DNA of 64,000 nucleotides from a bacterium (GCA_041690355.1 JAWLHK010000001.1:248001-312000), one strand, 5' to 3'. Shown: positions 1 to 9,943, numbered from the stretch's first letter. A program made the numbers and translations. The notes: generated by a model not told the origin, from the letters alone.

Positions 1-1
1 G

Positions 2-913
2 CCCGGCTACTGGAACGGCAGGATGGCCTGGGATCGGGCCGACGGCATGGGGGCGCGAAGCCCGGCGCTCTCGTACTCGAATTCCTACCAGGCTTGGCGA
101 ATCGCCCGCCTCGACGGACACCTGGCCTACGAAATCTCGTCCGAGGAACCCCTGCCCCCGACGGACCGAACGTGGAACGTCTACAAGAACGGAATTGCGC
201 CGGCGCCTGAGATAGTGATCCACCACTGCGATCCGAGAGAGCCTTGCCCCGCGCCCAACGTTGTCTTCGTGCTCGGCGGACCCGGCGCCGGCAAGGGAAC
301 CATGTGCGAGCTCGCCGAACATCAGCTCGGGTGGACGCACCTGTCTGCCGGGGCCCTGTTGCGCGCCGAGCAGGAGGCGGGCGGGCCGATGGCGGCGTCC
401 ATCCGCGAGATTCTCGATGCCGGAAAGCTGGTCCCCAGCCACGTCACCGTGGGGCTGCTCAAGCAGGCCATGGAGAACGTCACCCGGAAGACGGGGAAGA
501 GGAACTTTCTGATCGACGGATTCCCCCGCTCGCTCGCCAACCTCGAAGGCTGGCTCGAGGTCTTCGGCCGCGAGGCGGCGCTTCCGAAGATGCTGTATCT
601 GGAGTGCCCCTTTCCCGTCCTCGAAAAGCGCATTCTGGGGCGCGCCAAGTACTCAGACCGCAGCGATGACAACGTGGAGAGCATCAAGCTGCGGTTCGAC
701 ACCTTCAAAGCAGAGACGCTGCCCACAGTGGACTACTTCAAGCGCGAAGGCCGGTGTGTCGAGGTCGACACCAGTCAGGACCGCCAGGCCGTCTATGCCC
801 TCGTCCGCGAACACCTCGCGGAATACACGGAGAGGGACTGCGCCGAAAAGCCCCTCACCGAGCGCTCGGAAATCCTTCTCGGTCTGCGGCCGTACCCCGA
901 ACGACTCAAGTGA
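2..913 (+). CDS. Nucleoside monophosphate kinase (UMP-CMP/short adenylate kinase type) with extra N-terminal domain; 5'-partial
   Basis: Frame open from the window edge. P-loop VFVLGGPGAGKGT, THLSAG-LLR, FLIDGFPR and short lid RSDDN. Confidence 0.85.
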   Translation, partial: PGYWNGRMAWDRADGMGARSPALSYSNSYQAWRIARLDGHLAYEISSEEPLPPTDRTWNVYKNGIAPAPEIVIHHCDPREPCPAPNVVFVLGGPGAGKGTMCELAEHQLGWTHLSAGALLRAEQEAGGPMAASIREILDAGKLVPSHVTVGLLKQAMENVTRKTGKRNFLIDGFPRSLANLEGWLEVFGREAALPKMLYLECPFPVLEKRILGRAKYSDRSDDNVESIKLRFDTFKAETLPTVDYFKREGRCVEVDTSQDRQAVYALVREHLAEYTERDCAEKPLTERSEILLGLRPYPERLK

Positions 914-1064
914 CGAGTTACGAGTGACGAGTGACGAGTTTCAAACAAGGACGTAGAATCCGGCGCCCTTGCTTGATCGGCGCTTGATGCTTAGCGCTTG
1001 GCGCTTCGCCAAGTGACAAGTTTCCGACAAGGACAGAAGAATTCCTGCTCGGCGCTTAGCGCTT
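909..1064. repeat. Composite heptamer-array element: (GTGACGA)n - CAAGGAC..CTTG core - (GCGCTTR)n
   Basis: gtgacgagttacgagtgacgagtgacgag ... caaggac ... gcgcttgatgcttagcgcttggcgctt; overlaps the kinase stop codon. Confidence 0.8.
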
Positions 1065-1409
1065 ACCCCCCCCCTCAATCACCCTGGCGCCGGCGATCGG
1101 GCTTCCTGCATCGGTCACCTCGCCGGTCGCATCCCCATCGATCCGCACGGGACGCGCAGCCGTTGGATTCGGCCGTGCGCGCGAGCGTTTCGAAGGCCGC
1201 TGGGTGGCAAAGAGAATGGAATTGCGGCCTACGGCCTCTTGCGTTGGCGATAGTGCAACCTGTCGACAACCGGAACACTGCATCGTTTCGTTACGTTTGA
1301 CACTTGGGGACGACGACTGTACCCTGCCCTCAACAGACTTGGCTCTCCCGGGAGCACCCCGATTTCTTTCGGAAGCATTATCGCGCTGCGATCCACAGAA
1401 GGGTTACCG

Positions 1410-3761
1410 ATGGACCAGACTCGACGCTCGGCTGCTTGCTTCATCATCCTTGTACTGTCCGCCGTTCTTCTGTCGTGTTCGGCCGAAACCGACCCACAAC
1501 CCGTTCACCAGAACGTTTGCGGTGACGGCGTCGTCAGCGGCGCCGAAGTCTGCGATGACGGCAACCGCGATACCGAGAAAACGTGTGCCGACGGCGTCCC
1601 TGCGTGCGTCGCCTGCAACGATTCGTGCACCGGTTTCGAAAACCTCGTCGGAAACTGGTGCGGCGACGGGATAGTGAACGGCAGCGAGGTCTGCGACGAC
1701 GGCAATCTGCTCACCGAAACGGCCTGCCCGGCGGGCACCGCCTCCTGCACGCTCTGCAGCGCCGACTGCTCGCAAGAGCTCTCGCTGACGGGCCCGGTTT
1801 GCGGCGACGGTAAAGTCAACGGTACAGAAGTATGCGACGACGGCAACACCTTGACAGAGACGCGCTGTCCTGGCGGCGCGGCCAGCTGCACCGCATGCGA
1901 TTCGACCTGTACGATTCCGCTGACGTTACCGGGGGGGTTCTGCGGCGACGGCGTCAAACAAGCCTCTGAAGTCTGCGATGACGGCAACGCCGTAACCGAA
2001 ACCCAGTGCCCCTACGGCCAACCGGATTGCACGCGGTGCAATGCGACCTGTACGCAGACGCTCGTGTTGACCGGCCCCTGGTGCGGCGATACGCAAACGA
2101 CCAACGGCGAAGTCTGTGACGACGGCAACACGACGACCGAGGGCGCCTGCCCCTACGGTACGGCGTCGTGCACGCGCTGCGACGCGGCCTGCGCCACCTC
2201 GATGCAGCTCGTCGGCGGCTACTGCGGCGACGGCGTTCAGAACGGGAGCGAAGTCTGCGACGACGGCAATACGACGACCGAGATGGAGTGTCCCTACGGT
2301 CAGGCGACCTGCAGCCGGTGCGACGCGACGTGCTCTACAGTCTTGAACCTGAGTGGCGCGTACTGCGGCGACAATACAAAGAACGGGCCGGAAGCCTGCG
2401 ACGACGGCAACACCACCACCGAGACAAGCTGCCCCTACGGCTCCCCGAGCTGCACCGCCTGCGACGCGAACTGTTCGACACCCATGACGCTCGGCGGTCA
2501 ATTCTGCGGCGACGGCGTGACCAACGGTTCGGAGGTGTGCGATGACGGCAACACCGTCGACGAGACCAGCTGTCCCTACGGGCAAGCGACTTGCACGCGT
2601 TGCAACGCGACGTGTTCCGAGACACTCAGCCTGACCGGCGCGCACTGCGGCGACAACGCGGTGAACGACCCCTCCGAGGCGTGCGACGACGGCAACCGGG
2701 TCACCGAGATGACCTGCGATTACGGCACGGCAACCTGCAACCGCTGTGACGCCGCGTGCAGCCTGCAATATACGGTTGCCGGTGCCTATTGCGGCGACGG
2801 CGCCAGGAATGGCCCTGAAACCTGCGACGACGGCAACACCACGACCGAAACGAGCTGCCCCTACGGTGAGGCGAGCTGCGTGCGGTGCGCCGGCGACTGC
2901 AGCGAAACGCTCGCCCTCTCGGGCGCCTACTGCGGCGACAACTCGGTGAACGATCCCTCTGAGACGTGCGACGACGGAAACCAGGTCACCGAAACCAGCT
3001 GCCCCTACGGTGAGGCGAGCTGCACGCGGTGCAGCGCCGACTGCTCGACGATTCTGACGCTCGGCGGCAATCATTGCGGCGACGGCTCGGTCAACGACGC
3101 ATCGGAGACGTGCGACGACGGCAACACCACCACCGAGTCGGAGTGCCCGTACGGCCTGGCGACCTGCACGCGTTGCACCGACGACTGCAGCACGCCCTTG
3201 TGGCTCAGCGGGGCCTACTGCGGCGACGGCATCGTCAACGGTTCGGAGGTCTGTGACGACCTGAACGCCAACGCGTGCGGCACGTGCAATCAGACGTGCA
3301 GCGAGGCGCAATTGGCGGTGGCCACCGGCAGCATCACGGCCATCGCGGGCTCATCGATCGCCGACGGCGAAATCTTCTGGTTGAGCGACGGCATCAATCC
3401 GCCGGTTACCTTCGAGTTCGACAAGAACTCCTCGGTGGGAGCGGGGCGTACCGCCGTGATTATCTCGAACGTCATGACAGCCAATCAGGTTGCAACGGAG
3501 GTTGCGTCGGCGATTAACGGCGCCGCCTCGCTCAACATCTCGGCCGGCGCAACCGGTGCGACCATCGCTTTGAGCAACGACCTGCAGGGAAGCATCGGCA
3601 ACCAGACCATCATGGAGCAGGTCACGAACAGCGGATTCGTCGTGAGCGGGATGTCGGGCGGAAAAGGGTATGACTGCACAGCCGGCATCGCGTGTACGGT
3701 CAACGCCGACTGCAGCCATGGCTTGACGTGCCTGCCGACGAACGTTTGCGGCGTTCCCTGA
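1410..3761 (+). CDS. Myxococcus cysteine-rich repeat (DUF4215-like) lipoprotein
   Basis: Lipobox-like LLSC; 13 repeats of about 47 aa (CGDG..NG.EVCDDGN...C.....C..C...C); non-repeat C-terminal domain. Confidence 0.85.
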   Translation: MDQTRRSAACFIILVLSAVLLSCSAETDPQPVHQNVCGDGVVSGAEVCDDGNRDTEKTCADGVPACVACNDSCTGFENLVGNWCGDGIVNGSEVCDDGNLLTETACPAGTASCTLCSADCSQELSLTGPVCGDGKVNGTEVCDDGNTLTETRCPGGAASCTACDSTCTIPLTLPGGFCGDGVKQASEVCDDGNAVTETQCPYGQPDCTRCNATCTQTLVLTGPWCGDTQTTNGEVCDDGNTTTEGACPYGTASCTRCDAACATSMQLVGGYCGDGVQNGSEVCDDGNTTTEMECPYGQATCSRCDATCSTVLNLSGAYCGDNTKNGPEACDDGNTTTETSCPYGSPSCTACDANCSTPMTLGGQFCGDGVTNGSEVCDDGNTVDETSCPYGQATCTRCNATCSETLSLTGAHCGDNAVNDPSEACDDGNRVTEMTCDYGTATCNRCDAACSLQYTVAGAYCGDGARNGPETCDDGNTTTETSCPYGEASCVRCAGDCSETLALSGAYCGDNSVNDPSETCDDGNQVTETSCPYGEASCTRCSADCSTILTLGGNHCGDGSVNDASETCDDGNTTTESECPYGLATCTRCTDDCSTPLWLSGAYCGDGIVNGSEVCDDLNANACGTCNQTCSEAQLAVATGSITAIAGSSIADGEIFWLSDGINPPVTFEFDKNSSVGAGRTAVIISNVMTANQVATEVASAINGAASLNISAGATGATIALSNDLQGSIGNQTIMEQVTNSGFVVSGMSGGKGYDCTAGIACTVNADCSHGLTCLPTNVCGVP

Positions 3762-3970
3762 AGCGGCTCCATACCCCTCTCCTTTCGCCCCCCAAATGGG
3801 AAACCGTTTCCCATTTCGGAAATTAATTTCCAGGAGCGTGGTATGCAGGCACACCCCAACCAGTGCAATTGATTGCACTGACGGACCCCGTGTGGAAGCA
3901 TGCGCATTCCGCACGGGGATTCCGCCCGCGTGCCCCCTCGGCCAGCCGTGATTTCAGTCGGGCGCGTGCC

Positions 3971-4606
3971 CTACCCGAAGAACAGGCGCGAGAGAAACTC
4001 TGCGTGCTGCTCGATCGTCTGCTCGGACGATGGGTCGGTGCCGGTCACGGCGGCGCACTCCGAGGCGGCCGTGAAGATGTTTGACGCGGCGCCGAGGTAG
4101 GCGTAATAGTAGTGGGCCGGCGGCGCCGCGGGGATCAGCTTCAGGGCCACCGCTTTGGCCGCCATGCGCTGGAAGTCGCGGAACAGCGGCTTGAGGTGCG
4201 CCTCGGTGAGCCACTGCATGCGCGAGGATTGGAACTGCCCCTCGTGCACCATGATGCGCATCTGTTCGGGATGGCGCGCGGCGAAGCGCACAAAGCTCTT
4301 GAGGTTCTCGCGGATCCGCCGCTCGGGCGCCAGACGGGCGACGGCGGCGTCGGCTTCGCGCAGGTAGTTCCGGAGCCGGGTGAAGTGGTAGTCGACCGCC
4401 GCCTTCCACAGGTTCTCTTTGCTCCCGAAGTAGTAGGGAATGAGCCCCACGTTCTCGCCCGCGCGCTCGGCGATGCGCCGGACACTGGCGCCCTCGAAAC
4501 CGTGTGCGGCGAAATCCTGCACGGCGGCTTCGAGAATGCGCTGCCGGGTCGCCTCGCCCCGGTCCTGGACGGGGCGGCGAACCTTCGATGGGGCGGTGGT
4601 CTTCAT
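3971..4606 (-). CDS. TetR/AcrR family transcriptional regulator
   Basis: HTH TRQRILEAAVQDFAAHGFEGASVRRIAERAG..GLIPYYFGSKENLW; start reassigned to ATG at 4606. Confidence 0.9.
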   Translation of the reverse strand: MKTTAPSKVRRPVQDRGEATRQRILEAAVQDFAAHGFEGASVRRIAERAGENVGLIPYYFGSKENLWKAAVDYHFTRLRNYLREADAAVARLAPERRIRENLKSFVRFAARHPEQMRIMVHEGQFQSSRMQWLTEAHLKPLFRDFQRMAAKAVALKLIPAAPPAHYYYAYLGAASNIFTAASECAAVTGTDPSSEQTIEQHAEFLSRLFFG

Positions 4607-4616
4607 AGGCGTTCGC

Positions 4617-4645
4617 TTGACAGAAAGTTTATACGATCGTATAAA
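4617..4645 (+). promoter_or_regulatory. Sigma70 promoter (TTGACA-17-TATAAA) overlapped by a perfect 18-bp palindrome, likely the TetR operator
   Basis: TTGACA 4617-4622; TATAAA 4640-4645; palindrome TTTATACGATCGTATAAA 4628-4645 between divergent genes. Confidence 0.8.
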
Positions 4646-4672
4646 AAATGACAACTCTGCGTTGAGGCCTTC

Positions 4673-7441
4673 ATGACGAACCGCTCCCTCTCCCTCCCGT
4701 TTGCCGCCCTGCTCGTTTTCCTGGCGGGCTGTCCCACGCCGGATCCCGGCGGAGAGAACACATCCACGACGACGATCACCCTTGCAGGAGCGGCCGTCAC
4801 GACCGAGGAAGACACGCCGCTGCGTATCCAGCTGACGCCGGCCGTTACGGGAGATCCCGGCTCGCCCGTGGAGTTGATTCTCGCGGAGCCGCCCGCGCAT
4901 GGCACGGTCGCGCTCACCGAGGGCGTCTTCACGTACACACCGGAGGCAGACTATGCCGGCCCCGACGCCTTCCGGGCGCGGGCCCGGGCCGGCGACATCG
5001 AAAGCGCCGTCGCGCTCGTGGAAATCACCGTCAACCCGGTCAACGATGCGCCCACCGCCGCCGACGACGCTTACGCATTGCAGGAAGACAAGCCCTTCTC
5101 GCCGCTGCTCGGCCTGCTCGTCAACGACCACGACGTCGACGGCGACCTGCTCGAGGCGAGCGTGGTCACCCCGCCGTCACACGGAACGTTGATCCTGGCG
5201 CCTGAGGGAACCTTCCTCTATACCCCCGACCCCGACTACTTCGGGGCCGACTCGTTTACGTATCAGGTCTCCGACGGCGCCGACAGCGCCAGCGCCGCGG
5301 TCGCGCTCGACGTGGCGCCCGTCAACGACGCCCCCTCCCTCGAGTCGGCCACGCTGGGCGGCGCCTTCCATGGCGGCGTGACCGCCTACGTCACGGCGGC
5401 GGGCTGGAGCGACGCCGACCTCGATCCGCCGGGGTACTTCTACCGCTGGGTCGTCGACGGCGTCACCGTGCCGGTGGCGGGCGCCGTTCTCCCCGCGACC
5501 TACGTGACTAGCGGCGCCGTGCTGCAGCCGTTCGTCACCCCCTTCGACGGCCGGATGGCAGGGGCCGAGGTCGCCGCCGCGCCCGTGACGGTTCCCAACC
5601 GCGCACCCATGGCGTTCAACGCGGAATACACCGTGACGGCGCCGCATCCCCTCGAAGCGACGCTCGAGGCGGTCGACGCCGATGGCGACGCGCTCACCTA
5701 CGAGATCGTGACCGCCCCGGAGCACGGCGCGCTCACGCTGGGGTACGGTGGCGCCGTCACCTACACGCCGCTTCTGGGCTACGTCGGCGCCGACAGCTTC
5801 GCCTTCCGCGTCTCCGACGGCACCGGTATGTCGAACACAGCCCTGGTGTCGCTCACGATCGACCCCGTGCCGCTCCCGGCGTCCATTCCTCATCGCTATG
5901 GCATCGCTTCGGGACCGCTCCCCGCCTCGGCCTGCGATCTCGACCGCGCCTTCGGCATCGTCAGCATGTCGCCCGCCACCGACGCCGTTCTCCAACCGAA
6001 CACGACCTACGACTTCACGGCCGTGGTCAGTTACGCGGTGAAGACGACCGAGACCGTCTGGCTCGTCGCCATCGATGACCAGTGGAACTTTCACGACCCG
6101 CTGCCCGCCGAAGAGATAACGCTCGAGCCGTCGAACGGCTGCGCGCAGACGACCGTCAGCCTGCATGGCGTCACGACCGGGACGTCAGGCTCGATTGAGA
6201 TCAAGCTCGATGGCAGCAACGGCGGCGGCGAGGGCATCACCGGCCAGGCGGTGACCTACTTCATTGCGGGGGCGCCGTCGGTACGCGTCGTGGCTACCGA
6301 TCACCCGCTCGACGAACCCCTCGTGCTCGGCCCCGACAGTACGACCACGGTCACGTTCCTCGTCGCCTGGAACAACGTGCCCGACGGCTGGGCGGGACCG
6401 ATTCAGACCTACTCCCCATCTTTGAGTAACTTCGAGGGAAACTGGTTCGCCCTGTACCCGGGCGCCGGCACGGCCACGGTCACCGTCAGGGTGCGGCCGG
6501 GCCGCTGTACCGACGATTTCTCGGTCGTGGGCTTCGGGGTCACCAACCCTGATTGGAGCGTCGGCTCGTGGGAGCAGGTGAGCGTGTACTATACCTCGGC
6601 CAACGTCATGGTCAAGGGCATGACGACCTGGGCGCAGACCCTCTCGTCGGCGCCCCAGGACCATGCCATGGACGTGCAGAACTGCACCGCCGCGCCCATG
6701 CAGGTCACCGTCGCGACGCAGAGTTCGTGGATCTATCCGCAGGCGGCGACCGTCACGATCGCACCGGGGGCCACGCAGGCGGTCACCTACGCCACCGACG
6801 CGCAGAGTCTCGCCGCGGGCATCCACGCGGGTTCGCTCGACCTGCAATTGTCCGGCGCCGACATGCGAAGGGTGCCGATCCGTCTGATCGCCGCCTCTGG
6901 CTCGTACGTCGCCATGCCCACGACCTTCGCCTGGATGACCGAAGCCGTGACGCCCGACGCGCTCGTGAGCTGGTTCGGCGAAGACGAGGTCAACCACGCC
7001 ATCGCGCTCCCCTTCCCCTTTCCCTACTACGGCGTCACCGCCGACACGATCTATGTCAACACAAACGGCTACGTGACGTTCGGCCTCGAGTCTGACAGCG
7101 ATTACGGCGCGAGCACGCCGCCGGTCAGCCGGCTCCCCCTGGCGTTCTTCGTGAACTGGAACGACCTGAATCCCGACGCCGGCCAGGGCATCTACGTGGC
7201 CACGCTGGGCACGGCGCCGAACCGGGTCTTCGTCGTCACCTGGGATCAGATCGGCGACTGGGGCGACGCGGCGACGACCCGCACGGGGCAGCTCGTGCTC
7301 TACGAAAACTCCGACACCTTGCTCGTTCAGTACGCGACGGTGCAGGCGAACGACCGCTATGGAACGAACGTGGGCGACGGACTCGCGGCCACCATCTGGA
7401 CCCCCACCGATCAGAGCGCGTTCCTCGTCTACCCGAACTGA
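4673..7441 (+). CDS. Surface lipoprotein with tandem cadherin-like Ig (Big_9/tandem-95) repeats and a C-terminal nidogen-like domain
   Basis: Lipobox FLAGC; repeated VNDAP, FTYTP..DY.G.D.F.Y; C-terminal LPFPFPYYG..IYVNTNGYVTF..WNDL motif. Confidence 0.85.
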   Translation: MTNRSLSLPFAALLVFLAGCPTPDPGGENTSTTTITLAGAAVTTEEDTPLRIQLTPAVTGDPGSPVELILAEPPAHGTVALTEGVFTYTPEADYAGPDAFRARARAGDIESAVALVEITVNPVNDAPTAADDAYALQEDKPFSPLLGLLVNDHDVDGDLLEASVVTPPSHGTLILAPEGTFLYTPDPDYFGADSFTYQVSDGADSASAAVALDVAPVNDAPSLESATLGGAFHGGVTAYVTAAGWSDADLDPPGYFYRWVVDGVTVPVAGAVLPATYVTSGAVLQPFVTPFDGRMAGAEVAAAPVTVPNRAPMAFNAEYTVTAPHPLEATLEAVDADGDALTYEIVTAPEHGALTLGYGGAVTYTPLLGYVGADSFAFRVSDGTGMSNTALVSLTIDPVPLPASIPHRYGIASGPLPASACDLDRAFGIVSMSPATDAVLQPNTTYDFTAVVSYAVKTTETVWLVAIDDQWNFHDPLPAEEITLEPSNGCAQTTVSLHGVTTGTSGSIEIKLDGSNGGGEGITGQAVTYFIAGAPSVRVVATDHPLDEPLVLGPDSTTTVTFLVAWNNVPDGWAGPIQTYSPSLSNFEGNWFALYPGAGTATVTVRVRPGRCTDDFSVVGFGVTNPDWSVGSWEQVSVYYTSANVMVKGMTTWAQTLSSAPQDHAMDVQNCTAAPMQVTVATQSSWIYPQAATVTIAPGATQAVTYATDAQSLAAGIHAGSLDLQLSGADMRRVPIRLIAASGSYVAMPTTFAWMTEAVTPDALVSWFGEDEVNHAIALPFPFPYYGVTADTIYVNTNGYVTFGLESDSDYGASTPPVSRLPLAFFVNWNDLNPDAGQGIYVATLGTAPNRVFVVTWDQIGDWGDAATTRTGQLVLYENSDTLLVQYATVQANDRYGTNVGDGLAATIWTPTDQSAFLVYPN

Positions 7442-7465
7442 ACCGGGCGCCGGAAGCCATCCATG

Positions 7466-7500
7466 AAAACCCCCGCTTTCCGGTAGGGAAGCGGGGTTTG
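7466..7500 (+). terminator. Intrinsic terminator hairpin
   Basis: ccccgctttcc-ggta-gggaagcgggg followed by ttt, 25 bp after the stop codon. Confidence 0.6.
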
Positions 7501-7673
7501 GATGCCGTACTCCGTTCCCCCCGACCGCAACGCATGGAATTCATGGTGGAAATCAGCCTGGCCCATTTTCTACACGAATACACACCAACACATTGATTTT
7601 ACTACGCATACTACAGTTCTTGACCTGGATTTTCAACTGGAATCCTGACTGCCTTTTCTGCTAGCATGGAGGC

Positions 7674-8879
7674 ATGAACAAGGGAGCAGATTCCACGACC
7701 CGGATGGAGCCCATGCTCCCCCGCGAAGACAAAAGTGGCGAGCTTCTCGACCTGGCAAGCAGCCTTGCACGCGAATCGGGACGTCTCGCGGGAGGCGCCA
7801 GCCTGCCTGTCCGCCAGGCGATTGCGCCGCTCCTTCGCGCCATGAATTCGTACTATTCGAACAAGATTGAAGGCCAGCACACACTCCCCAGCGACATTGC
7901 GCGGGCGCTGAAGCAGGACTTCGGCGACAACCTCGATCTTGTGAAGCGGCAGAAGCTTGCCGTTGCGCACCTCCGTACAGAAGAGGCACTCGAAGAAGAG
8001 GTCACCGGGAAAGGCCCGGGCCAACTCTACGATGTTCATTGGGTAGGTGGAATCCATCGTCACCTGTTCGAGCATCTTTCGCCGGAAGACAGAACGCTTG
8101 AAGATGGCACGGTTGTCGAGCCCGGAACACTCCGGATGCGTGAGGTTCAAGTCGGACACCATGTGCCGCCGAACTACGCCGACGTCCCGGCTTTCATGCG
8201 TCGTTGGTCCGAAGCCTACGGGAACTTCGGCGATGGGGCCCGAAGCCTGCTCGCCGTCGCCTGCGCCCATCACAGATTGGCATGGATACACCCGTTTCTT
8301 GACGGAAACGGGCGAGTGGCCAGGCTGCACTCTCATCTCGTGCTGCATGCGAGCGAACACAGCAACGGCATCTGGTCGGTCATGCGCGGTCTGGCCCGCA
8401 CGCACCAGGAATACTTTGAACGACTCCATCTCGCCGACGGCCCTCGCGAGGGGGACCTTGATGGACGCGGCAATCTCAGTGAACGCCGGCTGCTCGAGTT
8501 TGCCGAATACTTTCTGCGCGTGTGCCTGGATCAAGTCCGATTCATGAGCAGGATGCTGCACCTGGAGGATTTCAGGGACCGGCTGAAGGCTCTTCTGGCC
8601 TACGAGTCAGTTCAGGACTCCAGAATCCGCATGGACGCGTTGGCGCCGATGCATTATGTGTTTCTGACGGGAGCGGTGTCCCGCCAGGATTTCAAGCGCA
8701 TGACCGGACTGCACCCCAAGACCGCCCAGAAGCTGTTGGCGGCGCTGTTGTCGAGAGAGCTGCTGGAGAGCAACGGTCCGGCGAGCGACGTTCGATTCCG
8801 GATACCGCTTCACGCGCTGCGCTTCTATTTTCCCCAACTCTGGCCTGAGGCAGAAGCAGAGCTGGTCAGCCGGCGATGA
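7674..8879 (+). CDS. Fic family protein (class II, N-terminal inhibitory motif)
   Basis: Catalytic HPFLDGNGRVAR; inhibitory SNKIEG motif; probable C-terminal HTH. Confidence 0.9.
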   Translation: MNKGADSTTRMEPMLPREDKSGELLDLASSLARESGRLAGGASLPVRQAIAPLLRAMNSYYSNKIEGQHTLPSDIARALKQDFGDNLDLVKRQKLAVAHLRTEEALEEEVTGKGPGQLYDVHWVGGIHRHLFEHLSPEDRTLEDGTVVEPGTLRMREVQVGHHVPPNYADVPAFMRRWSEAYGNFGDGARSLLAVACAHHRLAWIHPFLDGNGRVARLHSHLVLHASEHSNGIWSVMRGLARTHQEYFERLHLADGPREGDLDGRGNLSERRLLEFAEYFLRVCLDQVRFMSRMLHLEDFRDRLKALLAYESVQDSRIRMDALAPMHYVFLTGAVSRQDFKRMTGLHPKTAQKLLAALLSRELLESNGPASDVRFRIPLHALRFYFPQLWPEAEAELVSRR

Positions 8880-8903
8880 ACTCCTGGCGGTCGACATCGA
8901 CGT

Positions 8904-8930
8904 ACCGTTCGCGCTGAGCCTGTCGAAGCG
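8904..8930. repeat. Single arm of a CCGTTCG-type REP-like element
   Basis: accgttcgcgctgagcctgtcgaagcg; shares the ACCGTTCG terminus with the elements at 29472 and 43467. Confidence 0.55.
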
Positions 8931-9061
8931 CCAGCGTACCCACCCGCCATGCTCAGAGCTTTCTCGCCGTGCGGCGGCCATGGCAGTCTCCATGTGCGTC
9001 AGACCTGCCTCATATTCCACCCGCGTGCCCCCTCGCCCCGCCCCGGCTACAATGGGAAGCG

Positions 9062-9745
9062 GTGTACGAAAAGCTGCGCACAATTGACCGCTTCGCCACG
9101 CTGCCCGAGCCGCTCCTGGCGGAACTGGAGCGCCGGGGACGCTTCTTCAACGTAGCGCGGGGCGAAACCATCTTCTACGAAGGGGATGAGCCCGACCGCC
9201 TGCTGCTCGTCGTCGCGGGGACGGTCAAGATCGCCCGTACGCTCGAGAGTGGCAAGGAGTTCATCGTCGACATCCTCGGCCCCGGCGAAACCCTGGGCGA
9301 AGTCGCGCTGCTCGATGACATGCCCTACCCCGCCTCGGCCGCCGCCCACGCGGATGCAGAGATCTTCGCGCTCCCCCGGGCGGATTACGACGCGCTCCTC
9401 GAGCGCCATCCAGAGCTGGCCCGCGCGACGATTCGCGATCTCGCGGGACGCCTGCGCCAGATCAGCCGGCGCATCAAGGACGTCTCGGGGGGGAACGTGG
9501 ATTACCGCATCGCCCACCTGTTTCTCACGCTGGCCGATCGGCTCGGCCAGGTCGAAGAGGGGCGCACCTGCATCCCGCTGGCCCTCTCGCGCAAGGAGAT
9601 CGCCGATCTCGTCGGCACCTCCGTCGAAACGACGATCCGCATCCTGAGCCGCTGGCAGAAGGAGGGGATCGTCGAGACGCGCAAAGAGGGCTTCTGCATC
9701 CTCGACGAACAGCGGCTCAAGCAGCTGAGCGAGTCGTCGCTGTAG
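9062..9745 (+). CDS. Crp/Fnr family transcriptional regulator (likely NO-responsive DNR/HcpR-like)
   Basis: cNMP-type sensor domain (GETIFYEGDEPD..G.VKI..GEVAL) and HTH LSRKEIADLVGTSVETTIR; no FNR Cys cluster; GTG start at 9062 inferred. Confidence 0.9.
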   Translation: MYEKLRTIDRFATLPEPLLAELERRGRFFNVARGETIFYEGDEPDRLLLVVAGTVKIARTLESGKEFIVDILGPGETLGEVALLDDMPYPASAAAHADAEIFALPRADYDALLERHPELARATIRDLAGRLRQISRRIKDVSGGNVDYRIAHLFLTLADRLGQVEEGRTCIPLALSRKEIADLVGTSVETTIRILSRWQKEGIVETRKEGFCILDEQRLKQLSESSL

Positions 9746-9749
9746 GCGG
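9687..9749 (+). repeat. Direct repeat copy 1: 3' tail of the Crp/Fnr gene
   Basis: Contains the invariant 25-mer CTGAGCGAGTCGTCGCTGTAGGCGG (9725-9749). Confidence 0.95.
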
Positions 9750-9882
9750 GTGTGCCTCGCAATCCTCCCCAATAATGGCAGGGCACAGCCGTGCCTATAT
9801 GCCAAAGCCTGAGACACCATAAGCGTCAGACTTGCCAGGCCACCGTCCCCTGCGCCATATACCCTACAAAAACAAATATAGC

Positions 9883-9911
9883 TTGACATGCGCACATCCA
9901 GGCGCTACAGT
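9883..9911 (+). promoter_or_regulatory. Sigma70 promoter of cassette 1
   Basis: TTGACA 9883-9888, 17 bp spacer, TACAGT 9906-9911; AT-rich upstream tract. Confidence 0.65.
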
Positions 9912-9943
9912 CTGCCTACCTAGCAATCTTTACCGAGGATAAG

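Noticed and set aside
1410-3300. DNA tandem repeat or mobile array
   Set aside because: The periodicity is explained by protein repeats with synonymous divergence.
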